DNA from: Octopus vulgaris
Lineage: Eukaryota
NCBI GenBank assembly: GCA_951406725.2
Contig: OX597835.1
Coordinates: forward strand, 25,110,001 to 25,174,000
Direction: 5' to 3'
DNA length: 64,000 nt
Numbering within the stretch: position 1 is the stretch's first letter; each line of letters starts with the position of its first letter. This document shows positions 14,387-25,805 of this stretch, piece after piece. Under the pieces are notes generated by a model. It did no database searches, was not told the DNA's origin, and worked only from the letters and a program-made list of their open reading frames with translations. The position numbers and the translations under genes are program-made.

Positions 14387-14970
14387 CTCTAGATTTTTGC
14401 TGAAAATGTTAAGGAATTTTGTCAACCACTTTAGGGTACTCTTGTAGTTAGAATATGGATAAGAATAGGGATTTTTGCAGAAATTCATTTACGTATGTTT
14501 TGAGTAAGGTACTATTGGTTTTTCAAATATAGAAAACTTTCTTTTTAAATGCATGTACACATGTGTACATGCATTCGTGTTTTCCAAGATTTGGTCTGGA
14601 GTTAGTATCTCTGGTCATAAACCATGTGGTCCCAGGGTTGATCTCACAGCACCATTCCTTGTGCAAGTGTTTTATACAATAGCATCAAACAGACCCAGTA
14701 CCATACAAGTGAAAATTTGGGAGACAAACTGCAGATACAGATGGGGATGGAGGGAGGATGTATCAGTTTTTGGTGGCAAAATTATTGATCCTTTGTTCTG
14801 CTGTTCCACTTTTAGTGTAGTTATTTGATTTCATCTGTATGTTCTGAATTCAGAGTCAATGAAATAAGTACCAGTTGAATACGGGGGGGGGGGGGTTCAA
14901 TGTAATCAACTAGCTCCCCCTCCCCACAAAAATTTCAGATTTGGTACCTATAGTAGAAAGGATGATGATG

Positions 14971-15005
<35 letters not shown>

Positions 15006-16029
15006 CAAAGGTAGTGAGCTGGCAGAATCGTTGGCACACCAGGTGAAATGCTTAGTGGTATTTTGTCTACTGTTATGTTCTGAGTTAAAATTCCACCGGT
15101 GTCAACTTTGCCTTTCATCCTTTCAGGGTCGATTAAATAAGTACCTGTTACACACTGGGGTCAATATAATCAACTTAATCCCTTCCTCCAAATTTGAGGC
15201 CTTGTGCTTCCAGTAGAAAGGATTATTATTATTATTATATTTTAAGTTTCGTCAAAGTTGACTTTACTTTTCATCCTTTTGGGGTTAATATAAAATAAGT
15301 ACCAGTTGAACACTGGGGTCAATGTAATCAACTCATCCCCTCCTCCAAAACTGCTGCCCTTGTGACAAAATTTGGAACATTATTATTATTTTGTCATGGT
15401 CAATATTGCCCTTCATCCTTTCGGGGTCAACCAAGCTGTCGAGCTAGCAAAATCGTTTGCTCATTAGACAAAATGCCTTGCAGCATTTCTTCCAACCCTT
15501 TATGTTCTGAGTTCAAATCCTGTTGAGGTCAACTTTGCTTTTTCATCCAGTGAAAATTTGTAGAATATTCCAAATGGAAACCAGGAAGACCTAGATTGAT
15601 CGGTTTTCTCATTTTATGTCTTGTTAGGTCCTCTTATTTTCTTCTTGTTTTATCTCCAGAGCAGTTATGTCCATTCTGACTTTCTAAGGGGTCTAAATGA
15701 TTATTTATTTATTTATTTTGAGAGCAAGAATAGGTTACGATTTCTAACAAGCCACTAAGAGAATCCTCCATTATTACATTAGTTTGGTTTAATTAATAAA
15801 TTCATGAGTTTCTTTGGAGTGAATTAACAGGTGTTATTACTAAGAATGTGACAGTGTTAACGATAACAATAACATTATTATCATCAATGGTAGTCGATTC
15901 ATTGCAGGTTACTAGTCGCCCTTCCTTTGTTGGTAATTACTTGCAAGTTAATTACTGGTGAACTTTTTTGTTGTTGTTGTTGGTACCTGTCTTCCAGTGA
16001 AGTTAAGAGAAAATTTTAAATACTTTAAT

Positions 16030-16320
16030 CAATGTTTCCACAGTGGTAATAATCTTGTTAATAGATGCATAATAGAAACATCATCTATATTTCCACAGTG
16101 ATAATCTTGTCACTATTTCCGCATTGATAATCTGCTATTTCCATAATGATAATTCCTCCTGTAGTGATAATTTTGTCACTAATTCCACAATGGTAATTAT
16201 TAACATGGTGATAATCTTGTTGATGTTTTCACCATGATAATCTTTTGTCAGTTTCTCTTAAGTGGTAAAATTATGAAGATTTCTACTGTGGTAATAATAG
16301 TGTTAATATTTCCACAATAA
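16030..16320. repeat. Degenerate ~25-30 bp minisatellite
   Basis: Repeated tatttccacagtg(gta)ataatcttgt units. Confidence 0.7.
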
Positions 16321-16670
16321 AAATTCCATTTATTTCACTTAGAACTTTCTTCGGTTTTGTGAATATTTCTTCTGTCTTGACTTTAGGTTCTGAGTTCAAA
16401 TTCCAACAAGGTTCACTTTGCCTTTCATCCTTTTAAGGTTGATAAAATAAGGACCAGTTGAACACTGGGGGTCAACAAAACTGATTTGCTCCCTCCCCCA
16501 AACATACTGGCCTTTCTTCTATCTCTCTTCCCCCTTGTTCACTCTTCTCTCTCTCTTCTTCCAACCACCATTTGTGTGGACCAGTTGTTGTCCCAATGTT
16601 TTGAGGCATACAAACCCCACCCATTATAAACTGTGCTTCATGTATTACATGTGAACATATTCTGTTGTAG

Positions 16671-16818
16671 CAATCCGGGCTGAATATCTCCAATCCTGAG
16701 GTGCTTTATCTTCCCAATGTCACTTACGAGGATAGTGGTTGGTATACGTGTGTTGCATCGAACTCCATTGGTGTCACATACCAGAGTGCCTGGCTTGCTG
16801 TTGTCGAGCCTCCAGACA
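16671..16818 (+). CDS. FGFR: FGFR exon, second half of Ig-III (IIIb/IIIc-equivalent)
   Basis: ttgtag|CAA...GAC A|gtaagt; 148 nt, phase 0 to 1. Translates [49 protein letters not shown], matching the FGFR pattern LxNVxxEDxGxYTCxAxNSIG...SAWLxV. Confidence 0.96.
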
Positions 16819-17657
16819 GTAAGTAACCGTTCACTCTTTTGTTGCTGTTTAACCATTTTAATACCAGCCTACCCGAAACCACCCCTTGGTTGTATGACAC
16901 AAAACTCCTGTTTTAGAATTATCTTAAATTGAAAGTTTCCATCAAAATTTTGTGTTAATTTATGTCCCAAGCCCCAGCTTAAAAGTGACAAAGTTATTTT
17001 ACTAAATTCTTTATCATTTTCAAAAAATTAAACTGTATTTCACCAAAAATATGGCAATGAAATGGTTAACCCCAAGTCAGCTCCTGACTGAACAAACCAT
17101 TGTCGTCATCGTTTAGCATCTGCTTTCCCTGCTGACATGGGTTAGATGGTTTGGCAGCATGGAAAGCACGCGCTAAATGATGATGATGGTTTGTTCAATC
17201 AGGAGCTGACCTTAGGGGTGGAGGATTACCCTTCTTTTGTTACCATATTTTGGGTGAAATATAGTTAATTCATCATCATCATCATCATTGTTTAATGTCC
17301 ACTTTCCATGCTAGCATGGGTTGGACGATTTTGAGGGCTGGCAAACCAGATGGTTGCACCAGTCTCCAATCTTGATTTGGCAGAGTTTCTACAGCTGGAT
17401 GCCCTTCCTAATGCCAACCGCTCCGAGAGTGTAGTGGGTGCTTTTTACGTGCCACCTGCACAGGGGCCAGTCAGGCGGTACTGGCAAAGACCTCGCTTGA
17501 ATCCTTTTACACATGCCACCATTCTGAAAATAATAAAGTATTTAGAAGAATAACTTTGTCACTATTTGTAAAATCATGTGAATAAATAAACATTACATTC
17601 GGCTGAATAATTTAAAAGCTAATGGGTTAAACTGCCTGTTTTCCATTTGTTCTTCAG

Positions 17658-17845
17658 CTTCCAGCCAACCAAACCAGTTAGCCGTTTCTCAAGACACATC
17701 AAAATCTCACTTACACATCTTGGTTGGTGTCATTGTGACATTTCTCTTCATTCTAATTTCCATTTTAATTATCGTCTGTCTGAGACGTAAGAAGCAGCAT
17801 CACGGAGGCACCGACTACAAGAAACGTGTCATCGTTATGAAACCT
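17658..17845 (+). CDS. FGFR: FGFR transmembrane exon
   Basis: ttcttcag|CT...CCT|gtaagt; 188 nt, phase 1 to 0. TSSQPNQLAVSQDTSKSHLH-ILVGVIVTFLFILISILIIVCL-RRKKQHHGGTDYKKRVIVMKP: a hydrophobic helix followed by a basic stop-transfer. Confidence 0.95.
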
Positions 17846-17947
17846 GTAAGTTTTTGTCTTCGCTTTTACACCGTTTCTTTCAATCATTTCTGAAAATAAT
17901 GAAATGTACAGAAAGCCATCACTAAACCATATTCTCCTCATTTTTAG

Positions 17948-18105
17948 AATGACTTATATTACCAGAAAAATCCACAGAACGTCATGCAGCCACTTGTGCC
18001 TCAAGTCCGAATTGAAGGTCCCAGACGGCGCCTGTCTTCAGAGTTGACCACTATGTCTGAATATGAGATTCCTTTGGATAAAAATTGGGAATTTTCTCCT
18101 GATCG
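17948..18105 (+). CDS. FGFR: FGFR juxtamembrane exon
   Basis: ttttag|AAT...CG|gtgagt; 158 nt. NDLYYQKNPQNVMQPLVPQVRIEGPRRRLSSELTTMSEYEIPLDKNWEFSPDR, carrying the FGFR motif RLSS...SEYExPxDxxWEF. Confidence 0.96.
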
Positions 18106-18175
18106 GTGAGTCTCCAAGATTTCTGTACTGCTTTCATTATACTGTTCTATACTATATTTCTGTATTTCAGCTTAA

Positions 18176-18257
<82 letters not shown>

Positions 18258-18523
18258 TATCTTCATTTCACTGGATTGATATTAGCCCTAAAACACCATT
18301 TGCTTATAGCATCCCACAGAGGTCACCAGCAACACTCTGCCTGGCAAGTGAAAGACTTCTGGGGTGTTCAGGCTCGATCAGAGGATCTCAAACTAGTTGT
18401 ATCGAGGGCCAGTTTTGCCTTTCATCATTTTGGGGACAATAAAAAAAAACAAAGTGCCAGTGTTAGGACAGTAGGTTAGCAGAACTGTCAGAGCATCAGG
18501 CAAAATGCCATGCAGTATCTTTT

Positions 18524-18858
18524 TGTTATAATGTGAATCTTTGTCCACTTAAATGCTATTGTCAGCACTGTAATAGTCTTGTCGCCACTATTATGTTGTG
18601 GTGGTATTCTGCATCTTATTATCTTTGACTCATCTATCGTGCTATCACTGATAGCTCCACAAGACAATGACTTTAAGATGTCTACCTTGACATAACTCGA
18701 ACTTGTATATATATCATATACCTGTCACTGACTCCAGCTGAGAACTCATACAACAACTCTACTACTACTGACCTCCTACAATGACTGACTGTCTGACTTT
18801 ATAGTGGCTGGTTCATACCACTTTGTCATGTGAGATGGAGTATACCATTTTCACAACA
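18524..18858 (-). mobile_element. Probable solo LTR inserted in a SINE
   Basis: TGTT...AACA termini and 5-bp TSD ctttt (18519-23, 18859-63). It splits a SINE whose halves rejoin. Minus-strand TATAAA near 18800. Confidence 0.6.
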
Positions 18859-19056
18859 CTTTTTCAGCTCTGAATGTTCTGAGTTCAAGCCCCACCTCAT
18901 CACTGAAAAGCAGTGATACAGCTATCAGGAGTTATGACCAACATATAGTGTCAGCAAGTTGATAATCCAGTGCAAATATTGGGTTTTCCAAATAATCCAA
19001 TCACAGTTAATTGCCACCACCATATTTACTGAAATTATTTATATGAAAATCTTAAC

Positions 19057-19420
19057 AGGCATGCTTGGGTAGTAAGAAGCTTGCTTCCCAACCACATGGT
19101 TCTGGGTTCAGTCCCACTACATGGCACCTTGAGCAAGTATCTTCTACTATAGCCTCAGGCCAACCAAAGCCTGGTGAATGGATTTGATAGATGGAAACTG
19201 AAGGAAGCCCATTCTATGTATGAGTGTGTGTGTCTGGTTGTCCCTCTCCACTGTTTGACAACTGGTGTTGGTGTGTTTACATCCCCATAACTTAACAGTT
19301 CAGCAAAAGAAACTGGTAAAATAAGTACTGAGATTGATTCATTCAACTAAAAAAATTTTCAAGGCAGTGCCCCAGCATGGTCGCAGTCTAATGACTGAAC
19401 CAAGTAGAAGATGAAAAATA
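19057..19420 (+). mobile_element. SINE family A (older copy)
   Basis: Colinear with 22906-23311 but more diverged. Confidence 0.8.
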
Positions 19421-19539
19421 AAATGTTAAATCGTAATTCTCTAAAACATCTTCAATTTTTTAAGTAATTATCACTTCTATATCCATACCCTATTTTTTGT
19501 TTTTAATGGTAACCATGCCTCTCTTCTCTTTTTTTCCAG

Positions 19540-19655
19540 TTTAATTATGGGTAAACAGCTGGGATCTGGGGCATTTGGGGTTGTGATCAAAGCTGAAGCT
19601 ATCGGCATTGGAGGCTGTAAAGGAAGAGTTCCAGTCGCTGTGAAAATGTTAAAAG
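19540..19655 (+). CDS. FGFR: FGFR kinase exon (Gly-rich loop, VAVK)
   Basis: tttccag|T...G|gtaatt; 116 nt. LIMGKQLGSGAFGVVIKAEAIGIGGCKGRVPVAVKMLK. Confidence 0.97.
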
Positions 19656-19692
19656 GTAATTTGTGTTTATATATGTTTATTGATGTTGTGTG

Positions 19693-19696
<4 letters not shown>

Positions 19697-19727
<31 letters not shown>

Positions 19728-19975
19728 TGATTTAAATCCAGTTTTGTCCCCATTAACAGGGGTGAGAAGATCTATCTCAATGTCATAGCAACCGAAGTAG
19801 GCAAGTGTCCCCATTAACAGGGGTGGGCAGATCTACTTCAATGCCATAGCAACCGCCCTCACACCATGTTGCTATCTTGCCCGGTTTTGGGCATCCCCCC
19901 TTCTCAAGCCAACCCTCCCAATCTCCTCCTCCATGTTTTCCTCGGTCTACCTTGCTTTCTCGGTCCATTTGTGTT
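19697..19975 (-). mobile_element. RTE-clade LINE 3' remnant
   Basis: Minus-strand ggtagaccgaggaaaacatgg = GRPRKTW; (GAT)n tail; ~61-bp tandem duplication at 19745-19856. Confidence 0.65.
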
Positions 19976-20129
19976 GATATTTGATGTCACTTCAGTGTGC
20001 AGTCTACCTGGCTGTTTACTCGTTAGTGTGCAGTCTGGCCCTGAGCCTCATTTCAGGTGTCATTTCACTGCACAGCCTACAAATACTTTGCAAGGCCACA
20101 TGCTAAAATAGCACTGTGTATTTAATAAT

Positions 20130-20737
20130 TTTGTTTATGTATATGGATGAGGACAGCTGTGTGAAGAAGTGCTGACCTCTAACAGTGGAGGCAACCCGTG
20201 GAAGGAGTAAACCCAGGAAGACATAGGATAAGACGGTGAAACATGACATTTAACCCTTTAGTGTTTAATCCGGCCCAAATATTCTATATGTTTTATATTC
20301 AAACTGGTGATATCTGGCCACTCACCCCTAATCTACACTGACATTCAAAAAATAAACAATCACATCCCTGAAACCTCAAAGCTATAAGATAATGTATGAT
20401 TAATTCAAAACAATTTGAGTAAAAAAATATTACATTTAACTGAGTAATCTGAACACTAAAGGGTTAAACGTTGGGCCTCACGGAGGCAGTGACCTGTCAA
20501 GCCAAATGAGATCATAGTTGTGGTCGATATCTGTATTATGTAACTGACATCCATGCCAGTGGCATGTAAAAGGCACCCATTACACTCTTGGAGTGGTTGG
20601 CATTAGGAAGGGCATCCAGCCATAGAAACCGTGCCAAATCAGATTGGAACCTGGTGTAGCTCCGTACCTCACCAGTTTTCAGTCAAACTATCCAACCCAT
20701 GCCAGCATGGAAAACGGATGTTAAATTATGATGATGT
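20130..20737 (+). mobile_element. RTE-clade LINE 3' remnant with (GAT)n tail
   Basis: Degraded MDEDSCVKKC*PLTVEATRGRSKPRKT*D (RTE RGRPRKTW motif). The 3' segment is shared with reverse copies at ~17275, 28684, 30908 and 55850. Confidence 0.75.
20254..20463. mobile_element. piggyBac-type MITE family D inserted in an RTE fragment
   Basis: TTAA TSD; ccctttag...ctaaaggg termini. Confidence 0.85.
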
Positions 20738-21184
20738 TTTATCTTTGTAACAGAAATAAAATCATTATACTTTGTGACTGGAGTATTGTACTGTGTTGTG
20801 ACAAGATTGCTGTAACTGTTGTACTGTCACACTGACTAACGTTACACTGAGTATCATACTACGAGTATGCAAGCATGAGAAATGGGTGTAAAGCAATGAT
20901 GATGATAATGAGGTCCCTATGCGCATACTCAACCTGCTATAAATAGCAGCCAAATCTTAAGTCATACCTTACCATCTTAAAAACAAACACCTTAGATAAC
21001 GTGATTCTGGATTCGCTGTTTATTGGGAAAAAGTTGGGATAGTCATGGCTGGAGGTGAAACAGCTAAACAACAATGACATACAGTACTATTTGTCATCCC
21101 CAGATATTTATCATTTGTGTTTCTAGTGAGTTTGTCATTGAATTAGACATGTTGATGCAGTTACCATTTTAGCGAATGGTTCTT

Positions 21185-21238
<54 letters not shown>

Positions 21239-21267
21239 TTATCTACTTTATCTGTTCCTGCTTTCAG

Positions 21268-21378
21268 AGGACGCTACAGAGAGAGAACTGGCTGACCTTG
21301 TGCAGGAGATGGAGGTTATGAAAGTTATCGGGGCGCATAAAAACATTATTAACCTGTTGGGCTGTTGCACACAGAACG
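21268..21378 (+). CDS. FGFR: FGFR kinase exon (alphaC helix)
   Basis: ctttcag|AG...G|gtaagt; 111 nt. [38 protein letters not shown]. Confidence 0.97.
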
Positions 21379-21777
21379 GTAAGTTGCTTTTAGATTTTTA
21401 TCTTCTTTGATAATGTTGCTACTTCCCCCAAAATATCCAAAGGAAACTGTCCCTCTCTGCCTCACAGATGGCCAGTCTAGAGATATATGACCACATTTGA
21501 TCAGCAAAAAGAATATTAAATGGCCTTGTTCTACAGAGATCAAAAAGCCTAATGCTGGACATACTGTTAAAAACCTTTACCAATGCAGTTGTTCAACCTG
21601 TTGGAAATAGCAGCCAAGAAATAAGCTATTATATCATCGAAATCTCAAAGCTACGAAATAAAGCATGAATTATTTAAAACGATGTGAATTAATAAGGATT
21701 ACGTTAGACAGAGTAATCTGAATGTTAATGGGTTAAATGGTTTCCTTGGCTAGCGTTAACTGAGGTCTTTTTTTTTT

Positions 21778-21985
21778 CTCTTTTATTTGTTTCAGTCATT
21801 TGACTGCGGCCATGCTGGAGCACCGCCTTTAATTGAGCAACTCAACCCCGGGACTTATTCTTTGTAAGCCCAGTACTTATTCTATCGGTCTCTTTTGCCG
21901 AACCGCTAAGTGACGGGGACATAAACACACCAGCATTGGTTGTCAAGCAATGCTAGGGGGACAAACACAGACACACAAACATACA

Positions 21986-22045
<60 letters not shown>

Positions 22046-22205
22046 CACGACGGGCTTCTTTCAGTTTCTGTCTACCAAATCCACTCACAAGGCTTTGGTC
22101 GGCCTGAAGCTATAGTAGAAGACACTTGCCCAAGGTGCCACGCAGTGGGACTGAACCCGGAACCATGTGGTTGGTAAGCAAGCTACTTACCACACAGCCA
22201 CTCCT
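21778..22205 (-). mobile_element. SINE family A
   Basis: Near-identical reverse complement of 22906-23311. Confidence 0.88.
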
Positions 22206-22905
22206 CTGTCTACATGAGATCAAGCAAATGAGATTTTTACACAACCTGCTCATGAACCAAGTCCAATGGCTTTATGCTTACTACTTTACATTAGTTGTCT
22301 GGCATTGGAACCAGATCAATTGGAAATGTGCTCGCTCACTCATCTTGCCATTTTCACCACGGGCTACTTGTGATTGGCTGATGTGTGTCTGTGAGCAACA
22401 GTCAAATCCATGATGAACTCCTGATGCACCAGCTGTTCAGTACTTGGTGGAGGCTGGCATGGACCACCACTTACTACATGTTAAACTCACACTCACACAC
22501 ATAGTGTACACACCGCTTGGTCAAGAGAAATTCCTCTATTACAGGCTGTTTACACAACATTTTGTAGACCAACCTTAACCAAGATGAATTCTTGCTATCA
22601 GCAGCATACTTGACCTGCCATAAATAGCAGTCAAATCTCTTCAAATTACTCTCTAGTGTCTTGACAATGCAATTCTGGATATATTATTCCCAGTTAAAAG
22701 GCCAAGATGGTCAGAACTAACAACAAAATCCAAATTTTGTAACTCTAGGGTATTACTATTATAAGGCATGGCTGTGTGGTTAGGAAGCTTGCTTCCCAGT
22801 CACATGGTTTCAGGTTCAGTCCCACTACGTGGCACCTTGGGCAAGTATCTTCTTCTGTAGCCTCAGGCTGACCGAAGCCTTTTTGGTAGGTGGAAATTAC
22901 CATCA

Positions 22906-23311
22906 GGCGCAGGAGTGGATGTGTGGTAAGTAGCTTGTTTACCAACCACATGGTTCCGGGTTCAGTCCCACTGCGTGGCACCTTGGGCAAGTGTCTTCTA
23001 CTATAGCCTCTGGCCAACCAAAGCCTTGTGAGTGGATTTGGTAGACAGAAACTGAAAGAAGCCCGTCGTATATATGTATATATATATATATATATGTGTG
23101 CGTGTCTGTGTTTGTCCCCCTAGCATTGCTTGACTACCAATGCTGGTGTGTTTATGTCCCCATTACTTAGCGGTTCGGCAAAAGTGACCGATAGAATAAG
23201 TACTGGGCTTACAAAAGAATAAGTCGCAGGGTCGAGTTGCTCAATTAAAGGCGGTGCTCCAGCATGGCTGCAGTCAAATGGCTGAAACAAGTAAAAGAGT
23301 AAAAGAGAGTA
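22906..23311 (+). mobile_element. tRNA-derived SINE family A, full length, with internal (TA)/(TG) microsatellite
   Basis: A-box-like tggatgtgtgg, B-box-like ggttcagtccc, and a gtaaaaga tail. More than 10 related copies in the window. Confidence 0.88.
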
Positions 23312-23410
23312 TCATGTGTGTAAGTTCTTGTGCCTCCTAACAGAGAGGGAGTGGGAACTTTTTTTTTTTCAATATTTCTTTCATTTTCTCCTTTTCCCTT
23401 TTCTTTCCAG

Positions 23411-23601
23411 GACCCTTAATGGTTATTGTTGTCTATGCTCCCCATGGTAACCTTAGAGATTTTCTACGTGACCATCGACCTCCTGTAAGGTCAGGAGACA
23501 CCTATGAACGACCCGTAGCTACCAGATCTCTCACTCAAAAGGACCTCATATCATTCAGCTATCAAGTAGCAAGAGGAATGGAATATTTAGTATCAAAAAA
23601 T
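23411..23601 (+). CDS. FGFR: FGFR kinase exon (hinge and kinase insert)
   Basis: tttccag|GA...AAT|gtaagt; 191 nt. [64 protein letters not shown]. Confidence 0.97.
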
Positions 23602-24057
23602 GTAAGTTTCAAAATCTTGGTGTTTCCTTGTTTTATTTTTAATCCTTCACAAGCAGTTGATATCATCAGGCAACATTATTGTTATTATTATTATTATTAT
23701 TGTTATTATCAAGGCACTGAGCTGGCAGAATTGTTAGCATGCCAGGCAAAATGCTTAGCGGTACTTTGCCTGTCACTGTGTTCTCACTTCAAATTTTGCC
23801 AATGTCATCTTTACTTTTCATCCTTTCAGGATCAATAAAAATAAGTACCAGTTGAGAGCTGGGGTCATTGTAATTGACTAGCCCATTCCCCAAAAACTTT
23901 AGGCCATGTGCCTATTGTGGAAATGTTATCCAGGTGGCTGTAGATTTTATTGACCCCAGAGCATAGCTAGAGTGTGTGCATTAAGCAAAACCTATTTTGT
24001 GTAAATGTGTGTGTGTGTGTATGTATATATATGTGTGTGTGTTATATATATATATAT

Positions 24058-24110
<53 letters not shown>

Positions 24111-24676
24111 GATTGCTCTACATTTTAAAACTGATGTAATACTTGTATTGTTTAATTAAATGGAGCCACATGAAACGATCGTACTGCATTACCTCTGGAT
24201 ATCCTTGTTGCTTATTTTGATTATAATCACCATTTTGAATTATATGGATAATACCATACTAAATTCTGGTGCCTTTAACTTACGTACCATATTCAACTGA
24301 ATCTAAATTTTTACTGAACCTATATATATATAACAGAAAACATCATCAATGATATCTCTATGTTTTTTCCTGTAGCTTTTTCAATAATCCTTACATAGTG
24401 CCCATAGAGAAATATTTTTTGATATTCCCAAATGATGTGATTCTCGCATATTAAGTAAAAACATGATGTAGGAATTATTGAAACAGCTGTAGGAATATAT
24501 ATTGAGATATCACTGGTGTTTTTTTTTTTTTGTTATTCTCTCCAATATATTTTGCTTTGTCCATAGCCTGTGTTGGTGGTAGATGCTACTATCTAAGTAA
24601 TTATACACATTTATTAATGCATGTAGATTTAGGAGTTTAACACAGTAATATATTGTATACAGTAGCATATTTTTGA

Positions 24677-24928
<252 letters not shown>

Positions 24929-25734
24929 TGAAGCAATAATAAAGCATTTATAATTATTAACATTATATGAAGAAATCATTTGTATGTAGTCACCATCATC
25001 GTTTAACATCTGGTTTTCATGCTGGCATGGGTTGGATGGTTTGTCAAGTGTGTTTGTCCCCCCAACATCACTTGACAACTGCTGCTGGTGTGTTTACATC
25101 CCCGTAACTTAGCAGTTCGGCAAAAGAGACTGATAGAATAAGTACTAGGCTTACAAAGAATAAGTCCATATTAATGTGTTACTTGGTGTTTGGTATGTGA
25201 AGAAGGAACCATATATATATATATCCCTGTCTCATAACTTTTCATCATCTAACACAAGATCACTTCCTCCAGTGCCTCCTCCCCTCTCATAAGATTTTTG
25301 TCTTGCAAGTTACTTGGTGACCCTGTCAGTGCAGGTGCCACTTAAAAAGTATCCAGTCCACACTGTAGAGTGGTTGGCATTTGGTAGGGCATCCAGCTGT
25401 AAAAACCTAGCAAGAACTGACCTTGCCTGTGCTTGTGCCACGTAAAAAGCACTAAGTCCAAACTGCTGGGTGGTTGGTATTAGGGAGGGCATCCAGCCAT
25501 GAAAACCCTGCCAAGTCAAGGGCCGGCTTCTGTAAAACCATCCCACCTGTGCTAGCATGGAAAGCAGGTGTTAAACAATGATGATGATTGTGTCACATGC
25601 AGCCATCCATGGAGCAAATTTGAGTTAACCACATCACATCATCCGTTTATCTGTTAGTTTGCTGCTGAGGTTTTCTGTAATTATGTATCCAACATATTAA
25701 ACATGCTTTTTTGTTTCTTCTCTTCTTACAACAG

Positions 25735-25805
25735 GGTCGGCTGCCAGTGAAATGGATGGCACCAGAAGCTTTATTTGACAAAAAATATACCACAAAAAGT
25801 GATGT
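25735..25805 (+). CDS. FGFR: FGFR kinase exon (P+1 loop, APE)
   Basis: caacag|GGT...GT|gtaagt; 71 nt. [24 protein letters not shown]. Confidence 0.97.

Noticed and set aside
22126-22413. Recurring 'PKVPRSGTEPGTMWLVSKLLTTQP' ORFs
   Set aside because: Antisense translation of the SINE A head, which recurs with every copy.
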